DNA of 64,000 bases from an uncultured delta proteobacterium (GTDB taxonomy: Bacteria > Desulfobacterota > Desulfobacteria > Desulfobacterales > JAFDCJ01): assembly GCA_963769935.1 (NCBI GenBank), contig CAVYNY010000018.1:32001-96000 (forward strand), read 5' to 3'. Numbering within the stretch: position 1 is the first letter of the stretch; each line of letters starts with the position of its first letter. The notes beneath the pieces are model-generated. The model saw only the letters and a list, made by a program, of their open reading frames with translations, was not told the origin of the DNA and made no database searches. Made by a program: the position numbers and the translations under genes. Shown here piece after piece: positions 32,603-43,153 of the stretch.

Positions 32603-32872
32603 CTTCCGTCTTCGTTCTTCGAACTACGCCGTGACAAGTCCGACTTCGCTCTACGAGCTACGACGGGACAAGGCAGCACAACATATTGAGGCGTCAATTA
32701 AACGGAACCAATAGCCAACCGGATAACGGAAGCGGCCTTGATTGTCAATAGTGATTTTTTGAGGCGGGATTGAACTTATAGGCAAATTCGGGCATAGTTC
32801 ACCGTAATGACTGCGGCTGGATTTTTTAAAGTTAGGCTTCCGTCTTCGTTCTACGAACTACGCCGCGACAGG
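32603..32872. repeat. three short hairpin repeats (CCGTCTTCGTTCT.CGAACTACGCCG.GACA)
   Basis: Two tandem units at 32603-32672 and one at 32836-32872. Confidence 0.65.
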
Positions 32873-33119
32873 TCAATCGGATAATCTGCATCAATTATAT
32901 GATCGTCCGCACCGGGCGAGGAGCACTCATCAAAGATGAGGACGGAGTTGGTTAAACCCCCGCAGTCCAAATAGCGCCGGATGACATCACTCCCCCGCAG
33001 GACCGGGGGGGGCGCCAAGTGATTGACATTGCGTAGAAAATATCATAGAAACGTCTCAAAATTGGCCTTAATCGACCGGTTTTCCTCCAAAACTGCCCTG
33101 TTAAGAGACTCGACAGGAA

Positions 33120-33350
33120 ATGGCTCGTGCAACAAGACATTATATACCCGGTTATGTCTGGCATACCCCGGTGAAACAAAGCAAGAAAATCTTTAACGGG
33201 GTAAATAACCCACAGATGCCATAAGCGAGAATTTCTTCTAAAATTCCCAAGAGACCGGCACAGATGGATGGAGTGGCTATACCAGGCAAAGAAAAGGCAT
33301 CATTGATTTTGATCGACTGATGGGCTTGCTGGGTTTTGAAAATTATACAG
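33120..33350 (+). pseudogene. REP-associated tyrosine (IS200-like) transposase remnant
   Basis: MARATRHYIPGYVWH N-terminus at 33120 and GIIDFDRLMGLLGFENY near 33300; middle deleted. Confidence 0.55.
33163..33206. repeat. ~43-bp inverted-repeat element (copies at 40957-40998 and 43167-43210)
   Basis: ACCCCG.T.AA...TTTAAC.GGGGT; three near-identical copies. Confidence 0.75.
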
Positions 33351-33531
33351 AAGTGGAGCCAGCAAAGAGGTAACCAGACGGCGTCGGGGCCATTCTTTTT
33401 TCAGCCGTCGTCGCGTTTCCAGAGTCGCTATAAGGGCAAGGTCGAGCCAGTGTGCCAGCATGCGCGGATATAGAATATCGTTAAGTTAACGGCATTAGGC
33501 TCGACCCCAGTCCCACCCCGGCCCCCATATC

Positions 33532-34857
33532 CTAGTCCGACTCCCACAGCTGCCGGTAGGAGAGAGAATCCAGTATCTTGAGGTATTCCTGCTTCCCCAG
33601 CCGGGGTTTGAAATCACTTATGATCTCGCGGGCCGCCTGCGCATCATTTGCCAGCAGATCGATCACGGTGGCGGCAAGTATCTTGGCGGATGTAATGAAG
33701 GCCATCTCCTCATCGGTCGGTTCGAAATCCTTTGAATGCAGGTCTCCGCTAAAAGACCCTACGAAGGGATGTATGCCGGGCATCAAATGGGTGAGATCGC
33801 CCATATCGGTGGATCCGCCCCATGCCTCAACATAATGCACGTTTTCGTCGCCCAAGATGGCTTCGGCATTCTTTCGCCAGCATTTGGTCAAGCGCTCGTC
33901 GCTTAGGATCGGCAGGTATCCCGCCGTATTGGTGATCTCCACTTTGGCCCCTATCCCCATCGCTCCGGCCCGCAGTGCCCGATCCACTTTTGCATTAATC
34001 TCTTTTATCGCTTCAATCGTTTTTGCGCGTACATACATTTCCAGCCGCACCTCACCGGGAACGACGTTGACGGCATCGCCGCCTTTGGTGACGATCATGT
34101 GGACCCGGACGGCATCCTCATCGCGAAATGTTTCCCGCTGGGCATGGATAGCCGCCAAAGCCACATGGAAGGCGTTTAACGCATTGATCCCTTTGAAGGG
34201 TGCCACTCCGGCGTGAGCCGCACGACCCAAAAAACGCACGGCTTTCCCGACAAAACCGTTACTGCCCGAGGAGATAAAGGCGCTCTTCCCCGGGATATCC
34301 GACTGGGCATGCTGCATCACAACTAAATCAACATCATCCAGCGCCCCCAGCCTGACCAGCTCCTGTTTGCCGCCGAAGTACTTGATTTGGCCCTGCTCTT
34401 TCAGCTTCTGGCGAAACTCGAGGTTGACAAACTCTTCCGCCGGCACGGCAAAGAGAACCACCCTTCCGGGCAATTTATCCATTATTTTTTTCAGACCGAA
34501 GCCGGCGCCCACAAGACCCGCCAGCTGCGCGAAATGGCCGCAGGCATGAACCAGACCGCTTTCCTTGTCTGCTTTCGGATGATCCGCATTGAACAACGCA
34601 TCCAATTCGCCCAAAAGAGCGATACAGGGCCCCTCGCCGGTCCCTTCCAGATAGCCTTTTACGCCGGTGACTGCTAAACGGCTCTGGGTCCGGATGCCCC
34701 AATCTTGAAAAAACGTTTCCACTTTCCTGGCGGTTTTGTGTTCGCGGAAACCTTCTTCCGGTTCGTTAAACACTGAGCGGCCCAGCTCGATGATCTGATC
34801 CCTATTGCCTTCAATCTCCTCGAAGGCTTCATCCTTCAGTTTTTGAATGTTCATCAT
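33532..34857 (-). CDS. M20 family amidohydrolase
   Basis: GELDAL, HACGH, PAEE, GRAAHAG, GSTDMGD. Confidence 0.9.
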   Translation of the reverse strand: MMNIQKLKDEAFEEIEGNRDQIIELGRSVFNEPEEGFREHKTARKVETFFQDWGIRTQSRLAVTGVKGYLEGTGEGPCIALLGELDALFNADHPKADKESGLVHACGHFAQLAGLVGAGFGLKKIMDKLPGRVVLFAVPAEEFVNLEFRQKLKEQGQIKYFGGKQELVRLGALDDVDLVVMQHAQSDIPGKSAFISSGSNGFVGKAVRFLGRAAHAGVAPFKGINALNAFHVALAAIHAQRETFRDEDAVRVHMIVTKGGDAVNVVPGEVRLEMYVRAKTIEAIKEINAKVDRALRAGAMGIGAKVEITNTAGYLPILSDERLTKCWRKNAEAILGDENVHYVEAWGGSTDMGDLTHLMPGIHPFVGSFSGDLHSKDFEPTDEEMAFITSAKILAATVIDLLANDAQAAREIISDFKPRLGKQEYLKILDSLSYRQLWESD

Positions 34858-35057
34858 ATCAGTCCTTGTATTTTCAAAACTATTTCGGCAACTACGGCTG
34901 AACCGAAAAAGGTTCCCAAAAAGACCGCGAAGGCCACAACCACCAATTTCCAGCTCAGCTGCTTCAGTCGATCCACCTGGGTGCCGACAGCGATGCCGGC
35001 AAAGGCCAGAATGGGAGTGGTGGTGCCCAAAAAGTTCACCGAATTGGTATATTCCAA
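34854..35057 (-). pseudogene. C-terminal fragment of a membrane protein coupled to the amidohydrolase
   Basis: TTPILAFAGIAVG...GTFFGSA hydrophobic C-terminus; 5' part replaced by the vapC end. Confidence 0.55.
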
Positions 35058-35066
35058 TTAACTCAT

Positions 35067-35468
35067 TTATATAGATGTCAGCACTTTTAAACCAAGGTGT
35101 TTTTCTATAGGATTGAAATCTCTATCGTTATGTAAAAGGACCATATCGTTTTCGATTGCAACTGATGCTATCATGCAATCTATGAAATTTCTTATCGAAA
35201 TTCCCTTGCGGCGCAGGGTTCTATAAATTTCCGCTGCGCTCAAAAAAACTGAATATGGCATCGGCAAAAAAACCATGGTATTGAAAAGTTCCTTTGTTTT
35301 TCGAAACTCATTTTTCTCCCGGACACCTTGAAGTACCTCCGTTAAAATAATACCGCAGATACATATATCTTCCCGGTCTTTTATTAAAAGTTCAAGAACT
35401 GTTACATGAGGCAGCTGTCTTCCGGCAAAAAAATCAATCCATACAGTTGTGTCAATCAATACCATCAT
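35067..35468 (-). CDS. vapC: PIN-domain toxin
   Basis: VLIDTTVWIDF, EVLQG, DCMIA, LLHNDRDF. Confidence 0.9.
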   Translation of the reverse strand: MMVLIDTTVWIDFFAGRQLPHVTVLELLIKDREDICICGIILTEVLQGVREKNEFRKTKELFNTMVFLPMPYSVFLSAAEIYRTLRRKGISIRNFIDCMIASVAIENDMVLLHNDRDFNPIEKHLGLKVLTSI

Positions 35469-35668
35469 CAGTTGCGACCCCTGCGCCATTCGGCAAGATC
35501 ACCTTCCCAATTAATTCTGCCTTTTAATTCAAGTATCTTAGTCTGAGACTCATGCCTCAATAATTCTCGCAAGGCATGATCAATCAGAGCCCTTTGGGTT
35601 TTTATGCCCGTGGTTTTCATGCATTTATCAACCAGTTTATCATCAAGTACAATGTTTGTCCTTTTCAT
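35468..35668 (-). CDS. vapB: VapB antitoxin
   Basis: MKRTNIVLDDKLV...WEGDLAEWR; overlaps the vapC start. Confidence 0.88.
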   Translation of the reverse strand: MKRTNIVLDDKLVDKCMKTTGIKTQRALIDHALRELLRHESQTKILELKGRINWEGDLAEWRRGRN

Positions 35669-35848
35669 ATGGCTGCTCCTTTTTCCGTTTATATACACAA
35701 AATAACACAATTAAGGTGTATTATAAAGAAAAAAAATTGGGGATACCGCTGGCGGTCACTTGCGCCAGAGGGATTTCAATTATTACAAAACAGGCAGTTA
35801 GTTCTGTACTTATGATCGTGAATTTTAAGAAAAAATGCAAATCGGGGG

Positions 35849-35937
35849 AGATAACGACCTAAATCAGCGGGCGGGCAACTACCATTGCTAAAACGGCGCC
35901 GCACTTATTCCGCGTCCGCTTGATTTTTTTGTCAGGC
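35849..35937 (-). other. integron attC site
   Basis: R'' GCCTGAC ... AATCAAGCGGACG / CCGCTGATTT ... R' GTTATCT; just downstream of the OsmC ORF. Confidence 0.8.
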
Positions 35938-35960
35938 GCTTTTGTTTCTTCATTCCATTA

Positions 35961-36398
35961 TTATGAAGCGGTTATCTTGTATTCGGTTGTGACCTCGGTG
36001 TTGTTCTTCACCATTTGCCACACAGGGCTGACTGATTCTTCAGCGAGTTGAATTGCTTTTTGAATGTCCACGTCCCGCGTATCCCTGGAAGTCAAAAGGA
36101 ATTCGAGAAGTATCTTTTCAAACTTGATTGGGGGCTGTTCTCGCCTTATACCCTTTGCATTTACTTTCAGGCCAGATATATTTTTCTCCATCTTTCTCAG
36201 TAAATATACAATTGCCGTACCGCTGCATCCAGCAAGACTCATAAGCAGTAATTCAAGTCCGTTATAGCCCTGACCGTCGCCTATTGGCGGTTTAAAGTCG
36301 AAGGCAATTGGTCGAGTCGGATTGGATTTGGAGATGCCGGTAAATTGAACTTTATCATTCGTCAGATTAACTGTAACTTGCTCGAATTGCTCTGCCAT
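35961..36398 (-). CDS. OsmC family protein (gene cassette)
   Basis: ELLLMSLAGCSG; GGAGG RBS; followed by attC. Confidence 0.85.
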   Translation of the reverse strand: MAEQFEQVTVNLTNDKVQFTGISKSNPTRPIAFDFKPPIGDGQGYNGLELLLMSLAGCSGTAIVYLLRKMEKNISGLKVNAKGIRREQPPIKFEKILLEFLLTSRDTRDVDIQKAIQLAEESVSPVWQMVKNNTEVTTEYKITAS

Positions 36399-36454
36399 AC
36401 TAGCCTCCTTGAATCTGATAATCTTCGTTTTCCTTCATTATATCAGTACGTTTT

Positions 36455-36560
36455 CCGGTCAGGGCAGGGGCCTTCCAGCCCCATTGCCCCCTGAGAACCC
36501 TGCGTGATAGTTTTCCCTCACAGAGCTCAAGCATTTCAAAGGACACACTTATGGGGCGGC
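36455..36560 (-). ncRNA. group II intron 3' end (domains V-VI) remnant
   Basis: 34-nt DV GAGCTCTGTGAGGGAAAACTATCACGCAGGGTTC (36528-36495) with AGC triad, followed by a DVI-like hairpin GGGGCTGGAAGGCCCC. Confidence 0.75.
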
Positions 36561-36699
36561 GCGACTGTTCACATCATTCCCATGTTATACGCGCTTTATC
36601 AAATGGAGCATTTTAAACTGGATAGCAGCGATGGTCCCCAAAATTTGAGCAGTATGATATCTGTTCAAGAGCCTGCGCATTACCGTGGCGATAGGGGCA

Positions 36700-36906
36700 A
36701 CACCTATCCTCAATAATAAGTGAAGGCGTGATTATTATAAACGTCCACGCAAAGCAGGGGGTTTTGCTGTCGGATAAGATACCGCCGAGTCGATCCCAAA
36801 AATCACCACGGTCGGGATTATCGAAAAAAAACTTTCTTCGATTAATCCCCCTCACAATTATATGGTGCAGCGCTCCGGGGGCTTCTATGCTGGCTTTTCG
36901 AGGCAT
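36700..36906 (-). pseudogene. REP-associated tyrosine transposase N-terminal fragment
   Basis: MPRKASIEAPGALHHIIVRGINRRKFF..D..DR..F; degenerates before the HxH motif. Confidence 0.75.
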
Positions 36907-36978
36907 GTCAACCAGGTATCAAATAAATCCGAATATGGAAACCGTAAATCCGAGGAACGTCGCCGATACCCCGCACTC

Positions 36979-37042
36979 AATTCTGATTCCATAAATTTTA
37001 TCCTTTGAAGTAAAACCACTAAACCCCGAAGAGAACAGGGTG
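36979..37042. repeat. direct repeat of the ybaK leader/start (other copy 42508-42570)
   Basis: AATTCTGATTCCATAAATTTTATCCTTTGA..TA.AACCACTAAACCCCGAAGAGA.CAGGGTG present at both sites. Confidence 0.85.
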
Positions 37043-37327
37043 TCAAATCCTGTTCATTGATTAAAATGGCCTCATTAATTACAGATCAAGACGCGTCCCT
37101 CCATCCCGGATTTATATCGCCTTCATTTCCAATTCGCCAGGCGCCGAACATACGCCCACTTTGTTAACGTGCATCTTACGACCATATCAGGCCTTAATCA
37201 CTAATCAAGACCCATTTTCCCATACATACACAAAAAGGTTAAGGTAGTGCCAAAGACTTTTTGGAGACTCATAGTATCCTGAAATTATTAAATTTTTAGA
37301 AAACGACTGTTAAAGATCAGTTTAAGA

Positions 37328-37356
37328 TTGACACTATGACCAAATGTAATTACAGT
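37328..37356 (+). promoter_or_regulatory. sigma70 promoter of mazEF
   Basis: TTGACA, 17 bp, TACAGT; overlapping palindrome TGTAATTACA. Confidence 0.7.
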
Positions 37357-37395
37357 GGGTACATATAATCATAATATAAACTAGGAGCTAATCCC

Positions 37396-37668
37396 ATGGA
37401 AGATCACGCAAGAGTGAGAGATGCAAAGCTGGTCCCAATTGGAAATTCAAAGGGTGTTCGTATACCCAAAGCGCTCCTCCAAAAATATGGCCTAAAAAAT
37501 TCCCTTCTAATTGAAGAAACAGGCAGAGGCCTGCTTCTTCGGAATAAAGAAGAAAGCAAGCTTTCTTGGGAGGAAACATACAAAGCTATGGCAAATGAAA
37601 AGGAACATTGGGACGATTTTGACACAACGCTTCTTGATGGCTTGGAGGATGAAAACTTTGAATATTAA
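37396..37668 (+). CDS. mazE: AbrB/MazE family antitoxin
   Basis: KLVPIGNSKGVRIPK. Confidence 0.88.
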   Translation: MEDHARVRDAKLVPIGNSKGVRIPKALLQKYGLKNSLLIEETGRGLLLRNKEESKLSWEETYKAMANEKEHWDDFDTTLLDGLEDENFEY

Positions 37669-37984
37669 AAGGTACGAGATATATTCCGCAGATCTCAACC
37701 CCACGATAGGAAGCGAAATAAAAAAGGTGCGCCCCCTAGTCATAATTAGCCAAGACGAAATGAATAAATATTTGGAAACAGTTGTTGTATGTCCTTTAAC
37801 CTCAAAATTGCATCCCCAATGGAGGACCAGAATCCAGATTAAATGCGCGAAAAAAAATGCTGAAATCGCTGTTGACCAGATTCGTACCATTAGCAAACAG
37901 AGATTAAAACATAAAATTGATCAGTTATCCACTAGCAAAGCCGCCCAACTTCGAAAACTCATAACTGATATGTACGGTGAATAA
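37658..37984 (+). CDS. mazF: PemK/MazF family toxin
   Basis: KRYEIYSADLNPTIGSEIKKVRP, DQIRTISKQRL; TTG start overlaps mazE. Confidence 0.9.
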   Translation: MNIKRYEIYSADLNPTIGSEIKKVRPLVIISQDEMNKYLETVVVCPLTSKLHPQWRTRIQIKCAKKNAEIAVDQIRTISKQRLKHKIDQLSTSKAAQLRKLITDMYGE

Positions 37985-38402
37985 ATGCTTTCTCCAAATC
38001 ATCTATTCCAATATTTGCTCTTTTGCTTCAGCATCATCGCACAACGCCCGGCGTGAGCAGTGCCGCCAATATCGAAAAAACTGAACATCGCGTCCTCGAC
38101 GGCAAGCGAATCCGTGGCGAGGGGTCGGCAAATCGTCGAGAGGCAAGGGTAGAAGCTTGTGGACGAAAATATTGAATAATCCGAAAATCCGAGGAACGTC
38201 CCGGTATACGTTAACTTAAGCCTTCTGCCCCTTATTTGATTGCTTTTTGCGTCATCCCGGCGAAGGCCGGAATCCAGTCTTTTCAATCTTTCCCAGTCCC
38301 AGAGCTAAGCGAGAGATGATGTCGGCTAAAAAGTTTTATTCACTCATCACGACACGGCCCCATATTTACATGAAGGTTTCGAACCCTTTCTACTTGAATT
38401 CA

Positions 38403-39929
38403 TTAAGGTGCTGCCGGGCCTCCACCTCCTTGGGCGTTGCGCTGTGCAAGGAAAGCTGAAACTGTTTGTCTTCTACCACCAGGTCTGGCTATCACAAAGA
38501 CAGTACCACCCGCAACTCTTCGGCCAAATCTAAATTCGTGAAAAATTCTATATCCTTCTGCTTGACTCGTGAATTGAAATAACGTTCTACTTCCCACATT
38601 ATATTGACCCGTAAACCTGATGGTAGGATCATTAAAAAGATTCTGAAGGAGGGTAGCCTCTGCGTTTAATCCAGCGCGGTGAGCTCTATTGAAAATGGCA
38701 TCGGATATTACCGTTCCAATCCTCCTGGCATAGTTTCGAGTTTGGAAACGCTCTTCCAGAATATGCACAAAATTCAGTTGGAGACTAAGGTCATCGCAGG
38801 CAAGCAAATCTTCAATATCGACGTAACCCATATCAAAGTCATCGACGTCGACAGGTTCTAATGGTGTTCCTGGAGGATTTCCGGGCCTCGTTGATAGGCC
38901 TTGACTTGTTATCAGTCGCATTGGTACTGTTACGCCTCTATCTATGAATGCCCGCATTTGTCTGTCAAAATGGGTGAGGCTTGCCTCATCGTGCAGATCG
39001 TATGCCAAATTCTGTCCATCTAAGCGATAGGTTATTGGTCTAGGCTGAGGCGGTAAGTTATTTAGCCGATCAATCAGTTCCTGCACTCTGCCAAAACCTG
39101 AAGCTTCACCCGGGCCAGGCGGGCGCAATTCAACCCTGCGTTGAATATTTGGAGTACTTTGTTCCCCTCCATTCTGCTGTATAAAATGCGTCAACTCGTG
39201 AGCCAGTAAGCGTTTGCCATCGTTCGATTGAGTATCGTATCGTCCTGCACGAAAGTATATATTTCTCCCTTGCGTAAATGCTCTGGCATTCAGTGCTCGA
39301 CTTTTTTTGTCTGCCGAACTATCCGTATGAACCCTGACCTTCGTGAGGTCATAACCCATGCGCGGCTCGAAAAAATCGCGCGTAGTCGAGTTTAGTGGAT
39401 GCCCTGGGGAGGAAATTGCCTTCTCTGCAGAGCTGGCAGGCTTGCCGATATCATTTCCTTGCGCAGGCTTGGTCTGTATTTGTGTTTGTACGTCTTGTCG
39501 ATTCTGGCTTTTCGGGCGCCCTCCGCCACATGGGCATGCGCGTTGCAAATTAGGTTCGGACATGTGCATCACTTGGTCTGCAACACGGTCTGCTTGCAGC
39601 TCATACATATCTCCTGACGTACTGACCGTAAGTTTTGGTTGCGTCTTCCTTTGTGGTGGGGCGGGATGAATAGGTATCTGGCTAAAGTCATGAACAAACC
39701 GAGCTGCAGCTGTGGCGCTGGATTCAACTTCATGGCTTTGGGAGTCAGCTCGCAGCAAGCTCTGCACTGCTTGACTGCCGGTGATGCGCTGCATTTGTAA
39801 GATAGCGCGCACGTCACGATGGTGTTTAGCAAGAGTCGTGCTGGCTTTTGTTGATTTTGACATTAAGGTCTGATGAATTGCCTTTGATCTTTGTGCGAAA
39901 GTGCGCATGCTTATTATCCTTTCGTTCAA
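38403..39929 (-). CDS. DUF4157 (eCIS core/metallopeptidase-like) protein with unknown C-terminal domain
   Basis: E.QADRVADQVM, FFEPRMGYDLTKVRVHTD, ARAFTQGRNIYF, LLAHELTHFIQQ. Confidence 0.85.
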   Translation of the reverse strand: MNERIISMRTFAQRSKAIHQTLMSKSTKASTTLAKHHRDVRAILQMQRITGSQAVQSLLRADSQSHEVESSATAAARFVHDFSQIPIHPAPPQRKTQPKLTVSTSGDMYELQADRVADQVMHMSEPNLQRACPCGGGRPKSQNRQDVQTQIQTKPAQGNDIGKPASSAEKAISSPGHPLNSTTRDFFEPRMGYDLTKVRVHTDSSADKKSRALNARAFTQGRNIYFRAGRYDTQSNDGKRLLAHELTHFIQQNGGEQSTPNIQRRVELRPPGPGEASGFGRVQELIDRLNNLPPQPRPITYRLDGQNLAYDLHDEASLTHFDRQMRAFIDRGVTVPMRLITSQGLSTRPGNPPGTPLEPVDVDDFDMGYVDIEDLLACDDLSLQLNFVHILEERFQTRNYARRIGTVISDAIFNRAHRAGLNAEATLLQNLFNDPTIRFTGQYNVGSRTLFQFTSQAEGYRIFHEFRFGRRVAGGTVFVIARPGGRRQTVSAFLAQRNAQGGGGPAAP

Positions 39930-39978
39930 TGCGCATCAGCTGCAGGCCGCATTTGTGCATGAATCTATCGCCATCTAA

Positions 39979-40134
39979 GGGCTCACTCAAAAATAACTTC
40001 ACATTTTATACGCCGATGCATTTCTTACGGCTGCGTTGCGAAAGCTCGGAATATCCAGATATTCCTGCGTTTTCGCGCCTTGCCGGAAGAGCGCCTCAAC
40101 ACCTAAAACTGTGAATTAATTTTTTCTTAAACCC
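39979..40134. mobile_element. 156-bp MITE, copy 2, inserted in an attC-like site
   Basis: Inverted copy of 29324-29479, TAA-flanked; the flanks 39925-39975 and 40138-40186 rejoin into an attC-like palindrome (R'' CCTCAAC). Confidence 0.85.
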
Positions 40135-40466
40135 TAAGGGTTTGCCCCGCACTTCCATTTCGTCAGCTGCATGCGACTTGTTGAGGACCCGGCAAGCGCG
40201 ATAATTTCCTGCGGAACGCTTCGCTAAAAATCGCTGCAACCTGACGAGTGAGCAGAAGGCCACCTCCCGATGGCAAATTTTGCTATGAGACCATTAGCCA
40301 TAGGTTAAACATTAACTTTATGGTTTAAAGAGGTGCCCAACGAAAATATACGCTGGAATTGATCTGCATTCAAATAATAATTTTATGGGCGTCCCCATTA
40401 TCCACGCGTGGTCAGTCCCAAGGATTGACCCCAATCTCCCCTGCTGACGCCCCGCCTGGTGCTTTT

Positions 40467-40736
40467 TTACCTTTGCCTTTTTACCATTGCGAGAGCTTCT
40501 TCATAGGCGTGCAACCTTTCCTCCCATTCATGCAGTTGCCGGTGGTCATTGCGCCAGCGCTCCATTTCACGTTTTCCGTCCGGTGATAGCCCTCCGCCTG
40601 AAACACTCAAGAACTGCTCCGTGGTCATCCCATATTGGTGCTCTCTTTTCAGCAAATCTGCCTTCAGACGCTTGATGACGCTACGGCAGATATTGGTCTC
40701 CCTGCCCATGGAGATCTCGTATTCGTCGTAATACAT
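40467..40736 (-). CDS. hypothetical protein
   Basis: AGGAG RBS; 89 aa, helical. Confidence 0.65.
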   Translation of the reverse strand: MYYDEYEISMGRETNICRSVIKRLKADLLKREHQYGMTTEQFLSVSGGGLSPDGKREMERWRNDHRQLHEWEERLHAYEEALAMVKRQR

Positions 40737-41190
40737 GAAAACTCCTTCTGATGCGGATTGGGGGTTAAACCTTGAATTGTGAATTTCAAATCCAAGAGGT
40801 TAAGGACATTGGCCAAATTCACAATTCAAGGTATGACCTCAGTCTTACAGTATGCTCAAGCCAAAACGCTTCTTTCCTTCAAAAAGCCACCAGAGTCGCC
40901 GGCGCCGATCTCTGCCAAACATCAAAAGGAATTCCTTCTTATGGCAACGGTGAGTTATTTACCCCGTTAAACCTTTTCTTACTTTGTTTAACTGGGGTGT
41001 GCCAGACATACCCCGGTACGTAATGCCTGCTTGTCCTTGGTATGGAGCATATCCATAGAAGCCGATTTTCATGGTCAAAATCATCATTCTAAGGTCGATC
41101 GACAACAGCCGCCACTTTACACCTCTTATATCATGATCACAGGTACTTCCGGCGGTCAGACCCGCCCCGGGTGGAAAATTCGTCCGCTCT

Positions 41191-41550
41191 CTACAGAAAA
41201 TAGGGTTTGATGAAAAAGAGCATTGTTGAGAAAATAAAAATGCAGGCATTTAGAATCGCGCACAGAGCGGCCTCCCGCAGGAAAGGCCGGAGCTTCCCAT
41301 TATTGGGATTCCGGTTTATGCCCTTGAAGGCTTTTCGAAGGCACATGAGGTAATTGGCAAAAAGGCAGGTGCCAATAATCAATAAAGTCTTGACCAATAA
41401 ACTACCTCCCAGCTCATTGCCCGGAATAATAAGGATTTTACCTAAAGCAAGACCGAAAAAGACATTGGCCAGGATCGTTAAAATCGGAAATTTGTTGGAC
41501 GACAGGGTTCGTTTAAGGGAGTGAATAATTTCTTGCATGCCATGCCCCAT
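41191..41550 (-). CDS. hypothetical membrane protein
   Basis: Three hydrophobic segments; same strand as the array. Confidence 0.45.
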   Translation of the reverse strand: MGHGMQEIIHSLKRTLSSNKFPILTILANVFFGLALGKILIIPGNELGGSLLVKTLLIIGTCLFANYLMCLRKAFKGINRNPNNGKLRPFLREAALCAILNACIFIFSTMLFFIKPYFL

Positions 41551-42020
41551 AAATATCAGAATTTGGAAACCGAACCAAAGCTAAAACGGTATATAAGTCC
41601 ATTGGAATATTCAAAATCTGAACCGTAAGGCACCTCTAAAAAAATATTAAAAATCCGAAGCCTTTGGATTTGTTTCTCAACAACGCCTCAAAGCCTCAAC
41701 AAGTATTGCTGTAGTCCCTTTTCGGCTGATAAGCAAAAGCTTATTTTATGTCGATATACAGTTTTGGCGACCGCTCATTTCCCCTGTTTTTTTAATGACC
41801 ATCTTGGCGCCGATTCCGAAAGTAAAAAGAATAAAGGAGTATATCAAAGCTTGAATAGTGTATAAAGCAGTTGAAATTTTGTTTCTTATTCACAATTCAA
41901 GCTTTGCCCCCCTTTTTTCACATCTGCTATTTCAGCGGAGCATTTTTCGCATTTCATGATAATTAATACTTTCAGAGGTGTAGCCTTGGCAAAAGGTGCG
42001 GAGGCATTTTGCCGTCGCCC

Positions 42021-42521
42021 TTAATGCCGTTGTTTTATATCTTCCGATAAATAGATCCATTTTCCTTTGGTAAGAGGCTCCAGATCGGAAGGTTTTAGCT
42101 GAAAAACGGCAAAAGGAGTGCCTGCCGCTGCCCATATCGTTTCATATTTTTTCAAATCCCTATCCAACAAGGTTTCCAAAGGTTCAATATGCCCTACAGG
42201 CGGAACACCACCGATTGCATATCCGACTCTAGCCTTTACAAAATTTCCATCCGCTTTTCCAATATTTAAACCTAACGACTTTTGGATTTTTTTCACATCA
42301 ACTCGATTTGAGCCGGATGCAATGACAAGAATAGGTCTGTCCGTTTTCTCCTCCCTGAAAACAAGCGATTTAGCAATCTGGGCCACCGTACATCCTATGC
42401 TGTCAGCAGCCTCCTGAGCGGTCCTCGCTGAACCAGGCAGTTCCTTGACATCAAATGAGAATCCCATTTCAGAAAGGAAATCCTGTACACGCTTCGCACT
42501 ATTGCTTAATTCTGATTCCAT
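42021..42521 (-). CDS. YbaK/EbsC family aminoacyl-tRNA deacylase-like protein
   Basis: QIAKSLVF, GYAIGGVPPVGH, WAAAGTP. Confidence 0.9.
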   Translation of the reverse strand: MESELSNSAKRVQDFLSEMGFSFDVKELPGSARTAQEAADSIGCTVAQIAKSLVFREEKTDRPILVIASGSNRVDVKKIQKSLGLNIGKADGNFVKARVGYAIGGVPPVGHIEPLETLLDRDLKKYETIWAAAGTPFAVFQLKPSDLEPLTKGKWIYLSEDIKQRH

Positions 42522-42580
42522 AAATTTTATCCTTTGAGTATAACCACTAAACCCCGAAGAGAGCAGGGTGCATATTCCAC

Positions 42581-42671
42581 AGTGAGCAGCGGCCCAATTT
42601 CAGACTGAACCTGCACGGCCTTTACGTTAAGCCGCGATTTTCACGCCGTCTGCTCCACCGGCATGTTTCAT
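42581..42671 (-). other. attC site with degenerate R' end
   Basis: Clearly homologous to the attC at 46344-46446 (GAGCAGACGGCGTGAA.ATCGCG...GGGCCGCTGCTCAC). Confidence 0.7.
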
Positions 42672-43153
42672 GCGTCGCCTTTCTTCCAATACTCGCCCAT
42701 CAGCTCGCTGGACCAGGCGGGTTGGTCGACAGGACTTCTGGGAAGGAACTCCGACATGACAGGTTTCAGATCTACGACCGGTGTGCCATCGATGGCGTCC
42801 AATTCTTCCACCTGTATCTCCCGACCATTTACCGAAATAATCCGACAAATTGTACTGCCGAGTCGATTCGGGCGATTCTTGCCCCTTTGTGCGAATATCC
42901 CAACCTTTGGCCAATCGACGTTGTTCCTCGGGCGGCGCGCGCCAGAGACGATCTTCGAAGGCTCGACTTGATCGAAGACGAACAGAACCTCGACGTGGGA
43001 AAATTCCTGCAACCCTTGCAGCGCCTCGGCGTCGAAGCTATCGACAAGCCGAATCAAGGACCGGGTCTTGCCCCAGTAATCGTCCTTCGCCTCCTTGCGA
43101 GAGGTTCGAACGTATCCAATTGGCTCTATCTCAAAAGCCACCGCATACTCCAT
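42668..43153 (-). CDS. TsaA/TrmO-like (UPF0066) SAM-binding protein
   Basis: PIGYV, GIFAQRGKNRPNRLG, LDAIDGTPVVDLKP. Confidence 0.88.
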   Translation of the reverse strand: MEYAVAFEIEPIGYVRTSRKEAKDDYWGKTRSLIRLVDSFDAEALQGLQEFSHVEVLFVFDQVEPSKIVSGARRPRNNVDWPKVGIFAQRGKNRPNRLGSTICRIISVNGREIQVEELDAIDGTPVVDLKPVMSEFLPRSPVDQPAWSSELMGEYWKKGDA

